This document shows, piece after piece, positions 30,394-40,037 of a stretch of DNA of 64,000 bases. The notes beneath the pieces were generated by a model that worked only from the letters and a program-made list of their open reading frames with translations, did no database searches and was not told the DNA's origin. The position numbers and the translations under genes are program-made. The first letter of the stretch is position 1. Each line of letters begins with the position of its first letter. The DNA is from Ostreococcus lucimarinus (Eukaryota): NCBI GenBank assembly GCA_000092065.1, contig CP000596.1. The stretch is one strand, 5' to 3'.

Positions 30394-31053
30394 CTATCGC
30401 CCGATCCGCGCGGCGTTGCGAATGCGTTCGTCGTACTCGAGCCCATCGATGCGCTCCAACTGCGCCACGGCGTGCGCTCGAAGCGAGTGGAGAATGCGTA
30501 CGAGCGCTTTACGTTTCTGCGCTTCGCGACCATCGCTGACTGGGACGTGCGGTCGAACCACCGCCTTCTCGTTCCGTCTCTTCGCCGTCTGGCGCTCTCT
30601 AAATTCCATCGCGCGATACAAATTCTCCGTCGCCTTCGCCTTCTCCATCGCCGCATCCCGCTCCGCCGTCGCTCGCAGCACCATCAACCTCGCCTCGAGC
30701 ACTTCTTTATCCCTGACCGCGTCCAACGCGCGCTGTCGTTCGCGCGCGCTCTCTCGAGCCGCTCGAAACCACGCTCGCAGCCAACCGCGTCGGCGTCGTC
30801 TCGCCCATCGCGCGCGATGCGCCTCCAATCGCGCCGCCGGATCCGCGCGTGCGCTGCGCTCGCGCCAAGCGGAGAACGCGCGCGCGAGCGCCCGCGCGCG
30901 ACGCGCATCGGCGACCGCAGCGCGCGCCGCGCGGCGTCGCACCGCGTCAGAGGCGACGAATCGCCACTCCGCGAACGCGCGTCGCATCGTCTCTCCGCGT
31001 CGAACGCGCGCGCGCGAGACGGATTTCCATCGCGCGAACGCGTCCGCGGACAT
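30394..31053 (-). CDS. Hypothetical Arg/Ala-rich helical protein with repeated AF(A/S)xW motifs (Sfi1-repeat-like).
   Basis: DAFARWKS, RAFAEWRFV, RAFSAWRER and RARWARRRRRGWLRAWFRAARE recur at about 23-33 aa spacing. First ATG at 31051-31053; the track start is a GTG at 31131. Confidence 0.35.
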   Translation of the reverse strand: MSADAFARWKSVSRARVRRGETMRRAFAEWRFVASDAVRRRAARAAVADARRARALARAFSAWRERSARADPAARLEAHRARWARRRRRGWLRAWFRAARESARERQRALDAVRDKEVLEARLMVLRATAERDAAMEKAKATENLYRAMEFRERQTAKRRNEKAVVRPHVPVSDGREAQKRKALVRILHSLRAHAVAQLERIDGLEYDERIRNAARIGR

Positions 31054-31140
31054 CCGCCGCGCGCGCGCGCCGCGCGCCCGGTCGACCGGTCGCGCTCTGA
31101 CGCGACGACTCGTCTCGTCGAAAAGCGCCACCGAGGTGAG

Positions 31141-31226
31141 CGGGACAGCGGGACAGCGGGACAGCGGGACGCGTAGGGACGACGGGACGCATCGCGAGCG
31201 AGCGAGCGAGCGAGCGAGCGAGCGAC
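31141..31226. repeat. Adjacent simple repeats in intergenic DNA: (GGGACAGC)x3-4, then (GCGA/GAGC)x7-8.
   Basis: gggacagcgggacagcgggacagcgggacg ... gcgagcgagcgagcgagcgagcgagcgac is seen directly. Confidence 0.7.
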
Positions 31227-31279
31227 GTAAGCTCTAATGTAATACTGAATGTTGGCCTACGTCGCGTGGTGCGCGTCCA

Positions 31280-32839
31280 TCAAGACGCGCGCGCGGGGAG
31301 ACGCTCGAGCTTGGCGAGCGTGTTGAAGGCGGCGACCTGGCTCAAGCCGTCCGGCCACGTCACGGACATGGCGTAGTTTCCGATGACGGACATTTCTATC
31401 GGAGCGATATCGTCCGGGATCGGGGTGCCGTTTAAGAGCCTGTCCGGGGACTCGTCGCTGCCCTTGACGCGAGCGCTCGTGTCGGACATGCGAACGTTTT
31501 TCGCCGTGATCCAAAACGGCTTATCGTCATTCTCCCCGGGAAGTTCGACGCGAAACGCGCCATCATAACCTGGATCGATATCGACGCGCGGCTTCTTTCC
31601 GTTGTTAAGCTTGGCGACCTCTCGAACGACGGTGGCGGCGACGTCTTGGTACCTCGAGCTCGTCTTGCACGCCGGGTCTCGCAACACGAGCGGCCGACCG
31701 GTGTCCCCGCACGCGCTCAACTCGGGCACGATGGGCATTTGCAGCAAGTTTGGCACGCCATATTGCTCACAAATCGCCGCGCCACTGCCCTCGCCGAAGG
31801 GTTTGTGTTTGACGCCGTCGACTTCAAAGTAACTCAGGTTTTCTACGACGCTCACGCACGGCACCGCTAGCTTGGCAAACATGCGCACACCTTTTTCGAC
31901 GTCGATGAAGGCTAACTTTTGCGGCGTTGTCACGACGACCGCAGCGGTGATGGGGACGACTTGGCACAGCGTCAACTGAATATCCCCAGTTCCCGGTGGC
32001 ATGTCGAGAATTAAATAATCCAGCTCGCCCCAATCCGTCGTCGTCAAGAGTTGATTAATCAACCCGCTCACCATCGGTCCGCGCATGATGGCGCTCCCTT
32101 GTCCGGCGAACCCGAACGAGACCACCTTCACTCCCTCGTACTCCACCGGCGTGATCGTTCCCGTGCCTTTATCCATCTCTAACACCGGCGATTCGGGCGA
32201 AATCATCGTCGGCAAGCTCGGTCCGTAGACGTCGGCGTCCAAAATCCCCACCTTTGCCCCCATCATGGCCAGCGTGTACGCCAAGTTCACGCTCGTCGTC
32301 GATTTCCCGACTCCGCCCTTACACGAGCTCACCGCGATGATGTGTCGCACTCTGCGCAATCCCTCAACCGTCTCCGGCGCGTCGTTTCTCGCCGGCTGCG
32401 CCGTCATCGTCACCCGCACGTTCTTCACCCATTCCAACTCCCCGACGAACGCCTTCGCCTGCCGTTCGAATTCCGCCTTCACCGGGCACGCCGGTGTCGT
32501 CAATTCAATCGCAAACAGCACGTTTCCCGCGCTTTCGTCCACGTTCAGCGCTTTGACAAAGCCGCAGTTTACGATGTCCTCGCCAAAGTCTGGGTCGATC
32601 ACCCGTCGCAGCTTTTCCAGCACCGCCGCCTCTTTGCTCCCGTCCGGGGCGCTGTAAATCGCGGGCATGGACGTGGTATCCACGTCCGCGGCGTCCAACG
32701 CGTCGTGACCGTCCACCGCGGCGTGACGCGCGCGCACGGCGGCGCGCGGGCGTCGAGCGGCGTTATCCAAACGCTCGCGCGGCGGCTTCATAGCGCGCGC
32801 TGACGGCGCGAAGACGCGCGCGGCGCCGACGCGAGGCAT
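31280..32839 (-). CDS. HCF101: HCF101-type Mrp/NBP35 Fe-S cluster assembly ATPase with DUF59 and DUF971, plastid-targeted.
   Basis: DUF59 LEKLRRVIDPDFGEDIVNCGFVK. P-loop IIAVSSCKGGVGKSTTSVNLA...ILDADVYGPS. C-terminal DUF971 FRVELPGENDDKPFWITAKNVRMSDT...GNYAMSVTWPDG. N-terminal transit-like leader. ATG at 32837-32839. Confidence 0.8.
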   Translation of the reverse strand: MPRVGAARVFAPSARAMKPPRERLDNAARRPRAAVRARHAAVDGHDALDAADVDTTSMPAIYSAPDGSKEAAVLEKLRRVIDPDFGEDIVNCGFVKALNVDESAGNVLFAIELTTPACPVKAEFERQAKAFVGELEWVKNVRVTMTAQPARNDAPETVEGLRRVRHIIAVSSCKGGVGKSTTSVNLAYTLAMMGAKVGILDADVYGPSLPTMISPESPVLEMDKGTGTITPVEYEGVKVVSFGFAGQGSAIMRGPMVSGLINQLLTTTDWGELDYLILDMPPGTGDIQLTLCQVVPITAAVVVTTPQKLAFIDVEKGVRMFAKLAVPCVSVVENLSYFEVDGVKHKPFGEGSGAAICEQYGVPNLLQMPIVPELSACGDTGRPLVLRDPACKTSSRYQDVAATVVREVAKLNNGKKPRVDIDPGYDGAFRVELPGENDDKPFWITAKNVRMSDTSARVKGSDESPDRLLNGTPIPDDIAPIEMSVIGNYAMSVTWPDGLSQVAAFNTLAKLERLPARAS

Positions 32840-33040
32840 CGCGGCGCGTTCTATCGATCGCGCGCGCGCGTCCGGAGAATCGCGCGGGCGCCGACGCGCG
32901 CGCGTGCGTGTGCGCTCGTCGCGCCTCGTCGCCTCGCGTCTCGTTCGACGTTCAACGTACAGCGCTATTCCTATTCCTATTCTCCGCGCTCGTCGCGCGC
33001 TCGCCGCGCGCGCGCGACGTCACCTCGCGATCACCCGATG

Positions 33041-33625
33041 TCACCCGCGCCCGCGCCCGCGCCCGCGCGCGCCCCCCCGTCGGCCGAATTCGCCTCGCCG
33101 TCTCGCGCGCAGCGCCTTGTCGACGGCTTTGCTCTCTCGCAGCGCCGCCTCGAGTTTCGCCCCGCCGTGCGCGCGCTTGAACACCCACAAAAAGCACCCC
33201 GCCTTGGTGCGTCGTCGCCAAATCCCGCTCCCGGTCGCGCCCGCCTCGTACTTCGACCCGCCCTCGCGTTCGATTCGAAGCGTCTCTCGCAGCGCGGCGT
33301 CCATCGCGTCGCCGCCGAACGCGCGCGCGAGCCTTCGCATCAGGTGTCGCTTCGGCTCCTCGATCGTCGCCGCGACGCGTTCGGCGCACTTGAAATCTTC
33401 TTCGCGCATCTCGACGCGCGTCGGATCGTCGACGTCGAGCATCGCGTCGTCGTCGCGCGTCGTCGTCGTCGCCGCGCGGCGCGCGTCCCGAGCGTCGCGC
33501 GCCGTCACCTCCCCCTCCTCGACCTCGCGTTCGGCGTCGACCGCGCGCGCGTCGTCCATCGCTTCCATGGCTTCGTAATCGATCAGCGCGTCCTCGTCGT
33601 CGTTCGCGTCGTCGTCGCGCGCCAT
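33041..33625 (-). CDS. Acidic protein with a PHAX-like RNA-binding domain (RNA_GG_bind-like).
   Basis: LRETLRIEREGG...SGIWRRRTKAGCFLWVFK resembles the PHAX RNA-binding domain (ETLRIEAEGG...GRRRRTPGGVFF). Acidic N-terminus and a C-terminal RG box. ATG at 33623-33625. Confidence 0.45.
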   Translation of the reverse strand: MARDDDANDDEDALIDYEAMEAMDDARAVDAEREVEEGEVTARDARDARRAATTTTRDDDAMLDVDDPTRVEMREEDFKCAERVAATIEEPKRHLMRRLARAFGGDAMDAALRETLRIEREGGSKYEAGATGSGIWRRRTKAGCFLWVFKRAHGGAKLEAALRESKAVDKALRARRRGEFGRRGGARGRGRGRG

Positions 33626-33699
33626 GACGGTGCTCGCGCGCGCGAATCGATGTCCCGTTGCGTCACAATCTGCCGCGCGCGCCGTCGCCGTCGCGCGCC
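33626..33699. promoter_or_regulatory. 74-bp head-to-head intergenic region between the PHAX-like (-) and ARF (+) start codons; a minimal bidirectional promoter.
   Basis: Divergent ATGs at 33625 (minus) and 33700 (plus). Confidence 0.35.
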
Positions 33700-34335
33700 A
33701 TGGGCGCGGCGCTGAGCCAGGCGCGGACGCTGTTCGACAAGTACTTCGGCAACGTGGACATGCGCGTCGTCATGCTCGGCCTGGACGCCGCCGGGAAGAC
33801 GACGATCCTGTACAAGCTGCACATCGGCGAGGTCCTGAGCACGGTGCCCACGCTCGGGTTCAACGTCGAGAAGGTGCAGTACAAGAACGTCGTGTTCACG
33901 GTCTGGGACGTCGGCGGACAGGAGAAGCTGCGACCGCTGTGGAGGCATTACTTCAACAACACGGACGGGTTGATCTTCGTGGTGGATTGCCTCGATCGAG
34001 AGCGCGCGAGACGAGCGAAGGAGGAGTTTTACAGCATCGTCAACGACGCGTTCATGCGAAACAGCGCGATATTGATATTCGCGAATAAACAGGACCTGAA
34101 GGGGGCGATGACGACGGCGGAGCTGGTGGAGGCGTTTGAACTGCCGTCGCTGAAGGGACGGAGGTGGCACGTGCAGGCGTCGTGCGCGACGCAAGGGCTG
34201 GGGCTGTACGAGGGACTGGATTGGTTGTCGAGCACGCTGACGAAGATGCGAAGGAATGGGGTGGTGACGAGCGTGGGGAGTAGCGGAGAGCGACACGGGG
34301 CGGGGAGACAGGGACGCTCGGCGCGGTTTACGTAG
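33700..34335 (+). CDS. ARF: ADP-ribosylation factor family GTPase (ARF1-like, with a C-terminal extension).
   Basis: MGAALSQ (Gly2 for myristoylation). [51 protein letters not shown]. About 60% identical to ARF1 over the G domain. Confidence 0.85.
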   Translation: MGAALSQARTLFDKYFGNVDMRVVMLGLDAAGKTTILYKLHIGEVLSTVPTLGFNVEKVQYKNVVFTVWDVGGQEKLRPLWRHYFNNTDGLIFVVDCLDRERARRAKEEFYSIVNDAFMRNSAILIFANKQDLKGAMTTAELVEAFELPSLKGRRWHVQASCATQGLGLYEGLDWLSSTLTKMRRNGVVTSVGSSGERHGAGRQGRSARFT

Positions 34336-34520
34336 GCGAGGCGAGCGAGACGCTTTAGACTGGGAACGCGGTCGCCTCATAGCAGCGGCGTCGGGTTCGT
34401 GTAATAAGACGACGATACGTGTGATGTGATGATGATTTTCGCGTCGGCGCGTCGCGCGATGGCGAAGCGTCGACAGTCGTCGACGATGATTCGAGTAATA
34501 CAAGTACACACAACGTAGGG

Positions 34521-36890
34521 CTACTTTTTACGCGCGAGCAGCAGCTTGGCTTCTTCGAGTTCCTCGCGACACTTGCCGCAGCCCTTGGCGGCGTAGCGAC
34601 ACTTCGAGCACCCGAGCTCGGTGCGAGGCGGACGCAACACGCGAGGTCGACCGCGAGCGGGCTTACCGTCCGCCGTGCGCACGGGGACGAGCGTGAGCTC
34701 CGTGACGATTTTCCGTTCGCCCGTGTTGATGTCGATGAACGCCTTCGCCTTTGACTTGGATGGGAACTTGACGTTGACTCCCTTGGCGCTCTTCGTTTGA
34801 ACGCGCGGGGCCGTCTTTGCCTTGGTCTTCGTCGTCTTCTTCGCCGCCACCGCCCTGGTCTTCGGCGTTCCACCGCGAGGTCCGCGTTTTGAGCGCGGCG
34901 TGTCTGGATCGCACGCGCCGCACCCTGTGGATGCCCAACGACACTTGCTGCATCCTTTCCCGACGACCACGAGCGCCATGGAATTGTCCGCGCGAACGCT
35001 CGCCTTCTTCTTTGGCGCCTTGGTGGCTTTCTTCGCCGCGAGTGCCAACTTTTGCGCAGCTGGTCCGCGCGGAAGTCGCGCGGTGCCGGGATCGCATGCG
35101 CCGCACCCGTTCGCGGACCATCTGCACTTGCTGCAACCCTTGGTGCCGTAGACGACGAGCGCCATCGAATTCGATGCGGTGGCTTTCGCCGCGCTCTTCG
35201 TCTTCTTCGTCGCTTTCACCACCGTCGGAGCTTTTGTCTTCTTCTTCGCCGCAGCCGCGCGTGGCCCTGTCGGCGCACGCGGCGTGTCTGGATCGCACGC
35301 GCCGCACCCGTTCGACGCCCATCGACATTTGCTGCATCCTTTCGAGCGCACGAGCGCGAGCGCCATCGAATCGTCCCTCGCGGGCGCTTCGACTCTGGAC
35401 TTTTTCGCCGGTGGCGGACCGTTTTTCACCTTGGGTGGGCGCCCACGGCGCTTTTTTTGTGGCTTCGAAGCTTCTGACTGCGTCGTCGCCGCGTTCAAGT
35501 CGACGACGCCGAGCGGCGATCGCGTCGCCTCGACGACGGGCGCGACGTCCACGGCGACTCGCGCCACCGTGACCACGGGCGTGCTCGCGACGGGCGTTTT
35601 CTCTCGTGGAGGCGGCATGTCATCCTCCGGCTCGCGCGCGTGCTGTAAGTACATCGGCGGCGGCAATTCGACGAGTTGTCGGTTCATGAGCGGATGCCAT
35701 CTCGGTCCCGGCGTGCACGAATCGATGGCGGGCGTCATCGCGTACGGCGTCGGCGCGTACGGCGTCATCGTGAATGGACCCGGCGTCAGCGCTTGCACGC
35801 TCATTGGACTTCTCTGTTCGACTTCTTCGCCTTCGTCGTCGTCTTCTCCGTCGTCCACGTCCGTGCACTGCACGCTCTCCTCTGGGAAACTCGTCGGGCG
35901 CGCGGGCGTGCACCCGCCCATGGGCAGCTCCAAATCGTTTGCTTCGCGGAAATCCACCATCTCCTCGATCGCCTCGTCCGCGCTCCACCGCTCGTTCGCG
36001 TCGACCCAGGTCGTGGACTTCAAAAACTCGTACAACACGCGACATCCCGGCGCGACGCGGTCGTCAAACTTGGCGAGAATCTCCTTGACGCGCGTCTCTT
36101 GACCCGCCGTCGCCGCAATCTTCTTCTCCAACTTCAGCTCCCCGAGCGCTTCTTCCAGCTGACAATCCACCAAAACCTCCACGTCTAAGCACATGGACGC
36201 GGCCCAGACCAAGAACGCCCACATATCGGCTTGAAAGTCGTAATGCGGCCCGCGCGTCTCCGGCGCGATGTACCCGCACGTCCCCGGTCCCTGCAGCGTC
36301 ATCCTCCGCTTCCCAACCTTTGGCAGCCGCACCGCGGTCCCCCAATCCGTGAATCCGATCGTCACCTTCGTCACCGTCCCGAACGCGTTCCTCAGCGCGC
36401 TCCGCACCAACAAATTCTTCGCCTTCAAATCCCTCCACACCACGCGCGCGCCCTTCAGCGCCTCCAGTCCCTCCGCCACCTGCAAGAACAAATCCAACTT
36501 CACCCGCTCGCTCAGCGCGCGTCCGCTCGCCCGCTCCCGCGTCACGAAATCCTCCAAGCATCCGTCCTCGCAGAGTTCGCTCAGCACCGCCAGATACTTC
36601 TTCCCGTCGCTCGGCCGCGTCGTCGCCGCGCACCCGTGCACCTTGACCGCGCACCGCGGCAAATCGCTCACCGTCGCCACCTCGCTCACCACCAGCGATT
36701 CCTTGTTCGAGTCCACCACGCGCGCGCACACGATTTCGTTTCGAAACCGCGCGGCGTACGCGGTGCAGAACCCGCCCTCGCCGAGGACGCGCGCGTAATC
36801 CACCTCCACCTCGGGCTCGGCGAACTGCTTCATGTCCGGGCGGTGCGCCGCGATCGCGCGCAGGCACCGCGCGCACTCGTCGGCGTTCAT
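34521..36890 (-). CDS. Protein kinase with atypical catalytic motifs fused to four C-terminal Cys4 (CxxC-x7-CxxC) modules separated by Lys/Ala-rich H1-like linkers.
   Basis: Kinase region: LGEGGFCTAY, WRDLKAKNLL, DWG, GTCGYIAPE. Then an acidic linker (EDDDEGEEVEQ). Then three near-identical repeats (MALVVYGTKGCSKCRWSANGCGACDPxTxR...AAKKxTKAPxK) plus a fourth ELGCSKCRYAAKGCGKCRE. ATG at 36888-36890. Confidence 0.7.
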   Translation of the reverse strand: MNADECARCLRAIAAHRPDMKQFAEPEVEVDYARVLGEGGFCTAYAARFRNEIVCARVVDSNKESLVVSEVATVSDLPRCAVKVHGCAATTRPSDGKKYLAVLSELCEDGCLEDFVTRERASGRALSERVKLDLFLQVAEGLEALKGARVVWRDLKAKNLLVRSALRNAFGTVTKVTIGFTDWGTAVRLPKVGKRRMTLQGPGTCGYIAPETRGPHYDFQADMWAFLVWAASMCLDVEVLVDCQLEEALGELKLEKKIAATAGQETRVKEILAKFDDRVAPGCRVLYEFLKSTTWVDANERWSADEAIEEMVDFREANDLELPMGGCTPARPTSFPEESVQCTDVDDGEDDDEGEEVEQRSPMSVQALTPGPFTMTPYAPTPYAMTPAIDSCTPGPRWHPLMNRQLVELPPPMYLQHAREPEDDMPPPREKTPVASTPVVTVARVAVDVAPVVEATRSPLGVVDLNAATTQSEASKPQKKRRGRPPKVKNGPPPAKKSRVEAPARDDSMALALVRSKGCSKCRWASNGCGACDPDTPRAPTGPRAAAAKKKTKAPTVVKATKKTKSAAKATASNSMALVVYGTKGCSKCRWSANGCGACDPGTARLPRGPAAQKLALAAKKATKAPKKKASVRADNSMALVVVGKGCSKCRWASTGCGACDPDTPRSKRGPRGGTPKTRAVAAKKTTKTKAKTAPRVQTKSAKGVNVKFPSKSKAKAFIDINTGERKIVTELTLVPVRTADGKPARGRPRVLRPPRTELGCSKCRYAAKGCGKCREELEEAKLLLARKK
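34540..35420. repeat. About 3 tandem copies of a ~180-bp coding repeat within the kinase gene 3' half (each copy encodes one Cys4 module plus a KA-rich linker); a fourth degenerate copy lies near 34560-34620.
   Basis: Protein-level repeats recur on both strands' translations (GSHAPHPFD...HLLHPF on plus; GCSKCRW...GCGACDP on minus). Confidence 0.55.
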
Positions 36891-37230
36891 GGCGACGTCG
36901 AGGATTAAATTTTTGGCGTCGCGCGCGTCGTCGACGCGCGTCGGTCGCGTCGCGCGTCGCGCGATGGCGCGCGCGGGCGGACGGCCGTTGGACGACGTCT
37001 TTCCCCTGGGCGCGTCGTTTTATCGCACTCGTGTACGCATTGTGTGTACGTTTCAGCCCATGTGAGTATCACGGAGCTGGTATTGGTGTCGGACACATGG
37101 GTATGTGTATTTAGTAGTGTATAAATAACACACGAACGCGAGGAAACCCTCGGACCGCGCGCGCGATCGGCACACCGCGGCGTCGATCGCGTCTCCGCGC
37201 GCGCGCCGACGGTCGACGCGCGACGAGAGC

Positions 37231-38124
37231 ATGCTCGCGTCCACCGTCTCCGCGCGCGGCGCCGCGCCGTCGCCGCGCGGCGCGAGCGCGCGCGCGGGAC
37301 CGGGACCGCGCGCGGGCGCGGCGACGACGACGCGACGCGCGGCGACGGCGAGCGCGCGCGCGACGCTCGGAAACTACGGCGGATTCGTCGATGGGAATAA
37401 ACTCGCGCGCGGGCTGGCGCGAGGCGACGGACGACGACGCGCGGCGACGTTCGCGGAGCGCGCGGGCGGGGCGGTGCGCGCGCCGAGGACGCGAGGCGGA
37501 CGCGCGACGAAGACGATGATGCCGATCGGTGTCCCGCGCGTGCCGTACAAGACGCCGAACGAGAACATGTGGCAGTGGGTTGATATTTGGAATTGCTTGT
37601 ACCGAGAGCGGATCATCTGGATCGGGCAGACGATCGACGAGGAACTCGGGAACCAACTCGTGGCGACGATGTTGTTCCTGGACAGCGCGGATCGAAACAA
37701 GCCGATGTACCTGTACATCAACAGCGAGGGGGGGCAGATCGTGCCCACGATGGCGATCCTGGACACCATGAAGCATCTGAACGCCGAGGTCGGGACGGTG
37801 GGGTTCGGAAGCGCGCGCGCGATGGGCGGTTTACTCTTGGCGAGCGGGGCCAAGGGCAAGCGCGCGGCGCTCCCGAACACGTGCATCATGCTTCATCATC
37901 CCTCCGGCGTCGCCCGCGGTTCGGCTTCGGACGTTCAAAACGAGGGTAAAGAGCTCATGCGCATCCGCGGTCAGATCAACAAGAAGATCAGCGACATCAC
38001 CGGTCGTCCCGTCGAGCAAGTGTCCGAGGAGATTCGTCGCGACAAGCACTTCACCCCCGAAGCCGCGCTCGATTACGGCATCATCGACAAGATTCTCTAC
38101 CGTCCGCGCGCGGGCGCGAGATGA
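37231..38124 (+). CDS. Clp protease proteolytic-subunit homolog lacking the catalytic Ser (ClpR-like), plastid-targeted.
   Basis: ClpP fold YLYINSEGGQIVPTMAILDTM...TVGFGSARAMGGLLLASG. The position of the Ser in GQAASMG is Ala here. His retained in IMLHHPSG. The 90-aa N-terminal leader is R/A-rich. Confidence 0.75.
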   Translation: MLASTVSARGAAPSPRGASARAGPGPRAGAATTTRRAATASARATLGNYGGFVDGNKLARGLARGDGRRRAATFAERAGGAVRAPRTRGGRATKTMMPIGVPRVPYKTPNENMWQWVDIWNCLYRERIIWIGQTIDEELGNQLVATMLFLDSADRNKPMYLYINSEGGQIVPTMAILDTMKHLNAEVGTVGFGSARAMGGLLLASGAKGKRAALPNTCIMLHHPSGVARGSASDVQNEGKELMRIRGQINKKISDITGRPVEQVSEEIRRDKHFTPEAALDYGIIDKILYRPRAGAR

Positions 38125-38571
38125 TCACGACACCGTTCGCTTCGTTCCTCGCATTCGTTCGCGGCGCGCCTTACGCGCGTTCGTTTGTCATAGTTTGATT
38201 CTTCGCGCTTCGCGACCGCGTCCCCTCGTCGCGCTATCCAGATCCCGCGCCCTCGAAAACGCCACTGATGGGCTCCAGCGCCTCTTCAATGCGTCATCCT
38301 AAAACCCTAGTTATGACGTCCCGTGACGTCGATGATGCGCCGACGTCACCACACGTCGACGCGCTCGCCCGCGCCCGACCGATCGCGCGCGCGCGAGCAC
38401 GCGAGCGCCTCTCGCGCCTCTCGCGCCGCGTCTCCCGCGCCCTCGCGCCGCGACTCGGCGCGCTCGACGACGCGCGACGCGACGCGCGCGCCGACCGAGG
38501 GATCGACGGCGACGGCGCCGCGCGACGGCGACGGCGACGCGGCGCGGACGCGGCGCGCGCGGTGAGGCGCG

Positions 38572-39951
38572 ATGATGCGCGCGACGACGACGACGACGAC
38601 GCTGAGCGCGCGCGCGGGATGCGCGACGCAGACGCAGGAACGGTGGACGAGCGTGAGGTCGATGGCGACGAGTCGAGGGGCGAGCGGGACGCGCGGGACG
38701 GCGACGCGAGGCGGACGCGCGAGCGCGAGAGCGCGCGGAGAAGGCGCGACGGTGAGATCAGAGCGCGAAAGGGAAGAGATGAGACGGAGAACGGGCGCGA
38801 GCGGCGGCGCGAGAGGACGGACGTGCGCGCGGGGAGGCGCGAGGAGACGCGCGGTGGCGCCGGATGCGGCGCAGGATAAGAGCGGGACGCCGATGGGGGG
38901 ACGAGTGGCGACGTCGTTCGATGAGCTCGATCCGGAGCATAACACGTCGTTCGGATCGAGTGATGAGGGGAAAGGATACGACATCGCGCAGATCACGGCG
39001 CCGGTGGCGGAGGATATGGAACAGCTGCGCCTGAATTTGAGGGATATCATCGGAAGGAAGAATCCGCTCCTCTTGGCGGCGGCGGATCAAATTTTTGGCG
39101 CTGGAGGGAAGCGGCTGCGACCGGTCTTGGTGTTTCTCGTCGCGCGTGCGACGGCGGAACTGATGCATATGAGCGATATTACGGATAGACAGAGACGGTT
39201 GGCGGAGATTACGGAGATGATTCACACGGCGTCGCTCGTGCACGACGACGTGTTGGACGACTGCGATACGCGTCGCGGCAAGGAAACCATCCACACGTTG
39301 TACGGCGCGCGCGTCGCGATTTTGGCCGGTGACTTCTTATTCGCGCAGTCGTCGTGGTTCCTGGCGAACTTGGACAACTTGGAGGTGATTAAGCTCATCT
39401 CGCAAGTCATCGCGGATTTCGCCGACGGGGAAATTTCTCAGGCGGGCGCGCTATTCAACTGCGACTTGACCCTGGACGAGTACCTCGAAAAGAGTCACAA
39501 CAAGACGGCGTCTTTGATCGCGGCGTCGTGCAAGTCCGCGGCGGTGTTCAGCGAAGTGACCGAGTCGGTCAAGGTTGACATGTACGAATACGGTAAGCAC
39601 CTCGGGTTGGCGTTTCAGGTCGTGGACGATATCTTAGACTTTACGCAATCGGAGGAGCAGTTGGGTAAGCCTCAAGGCCAAGACTTAGCGAGCGGAAACT
39701 TGACAGCCCCGACGATTTTCGCGCTGCGGGCAAAGCCAGAGTTGCGTGCGTTGATTGAGACGCAGTTTGAGAACGAGGGCGATCTTCAGAGAGCGATTGA
39801 GATCGTCAACGAGTTCGGCTTGGAGGAGGCTCAAAAACTGGCGAAGAGAGAGGGCGACATCGCGCTGGCGTCTCTCAGGCAACTCCCCGATAGTGAAGCA
39901 AAGCGGTCGTTAGTAGGCATGGTTGGGTACGTTCTCGAGCGTATCTATTAA
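38572..39951 (+). CDS. SPS: trans-Polyprenyl diphosphate synthase, solanesyl-diphosphate-synthase-like (plastidial long-chain prenyltransferase).
   Basis: [47 protein letters not shown] and [11 protein letters not shown] are collinear with plant SPS1/2. ATG at 38572. Confidence 0.75.
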   Translation: MMRATTTTTTLSARAGCATQTQERWTSVRSMATSRGASGTRGTATRGGRASARARGEGATVRSEREREEMRRRTGASGGARGRTCARGGARRRAVAPDAAQDKSGTPMGGRVATSFDELDPEHNTSFGSSDEGKGYDIAQITAPVAEDMEQLRLNLRDIIGRKNPLLLAAADQIFGAGGKRLRPVLVFLVARATAELMHMSDITDRQRRLAEITEMIHTASLVHDDVLDDCDTRRGKETIHTLYGARVAILAGDFLFAQSSWFLANLDNLEVIKLISQVIADFADGEISQAGALFNCDLTLDEYLEKSHNKTASLIAASCKSAAVFSEVTESVKVDMYEYGKHLGLAFQVVDDILDFTQSEEQLGKPQGQDLASGNLTAPTIFALRAKPELRALIETQFENEGDLQRAIEIVNEFGLEEAQKLAKREGDIALASLRQLPDSEAKRSLVGMVGYVLERIY

Positions 39952-40037
39952 AAGCACATCCAGCGCGCATTTTTTAGGTTGCCAAAACAAAACAAGTTCC
40001 AACATCACTAAAACACTCCCGATCGATCAAATATTAT

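Noticed and set aside
34540-35420. Tandem ~180-bp repeats as a mobile element or satellite.
   Set aside because: The repeats are in-frame within a long continuous ORF and encode a conserved Cys4 module. They are better explained as intragenic domain duplication than as a transposon.
38268-38879. 203-aa plus-strand ORF overlapping the 5' end of the prenyltransferase gene in another frame.
   Set aside because: R/D/A low-complexity. The frame starting at 38572 carries the polyprenyl synthase motifs.
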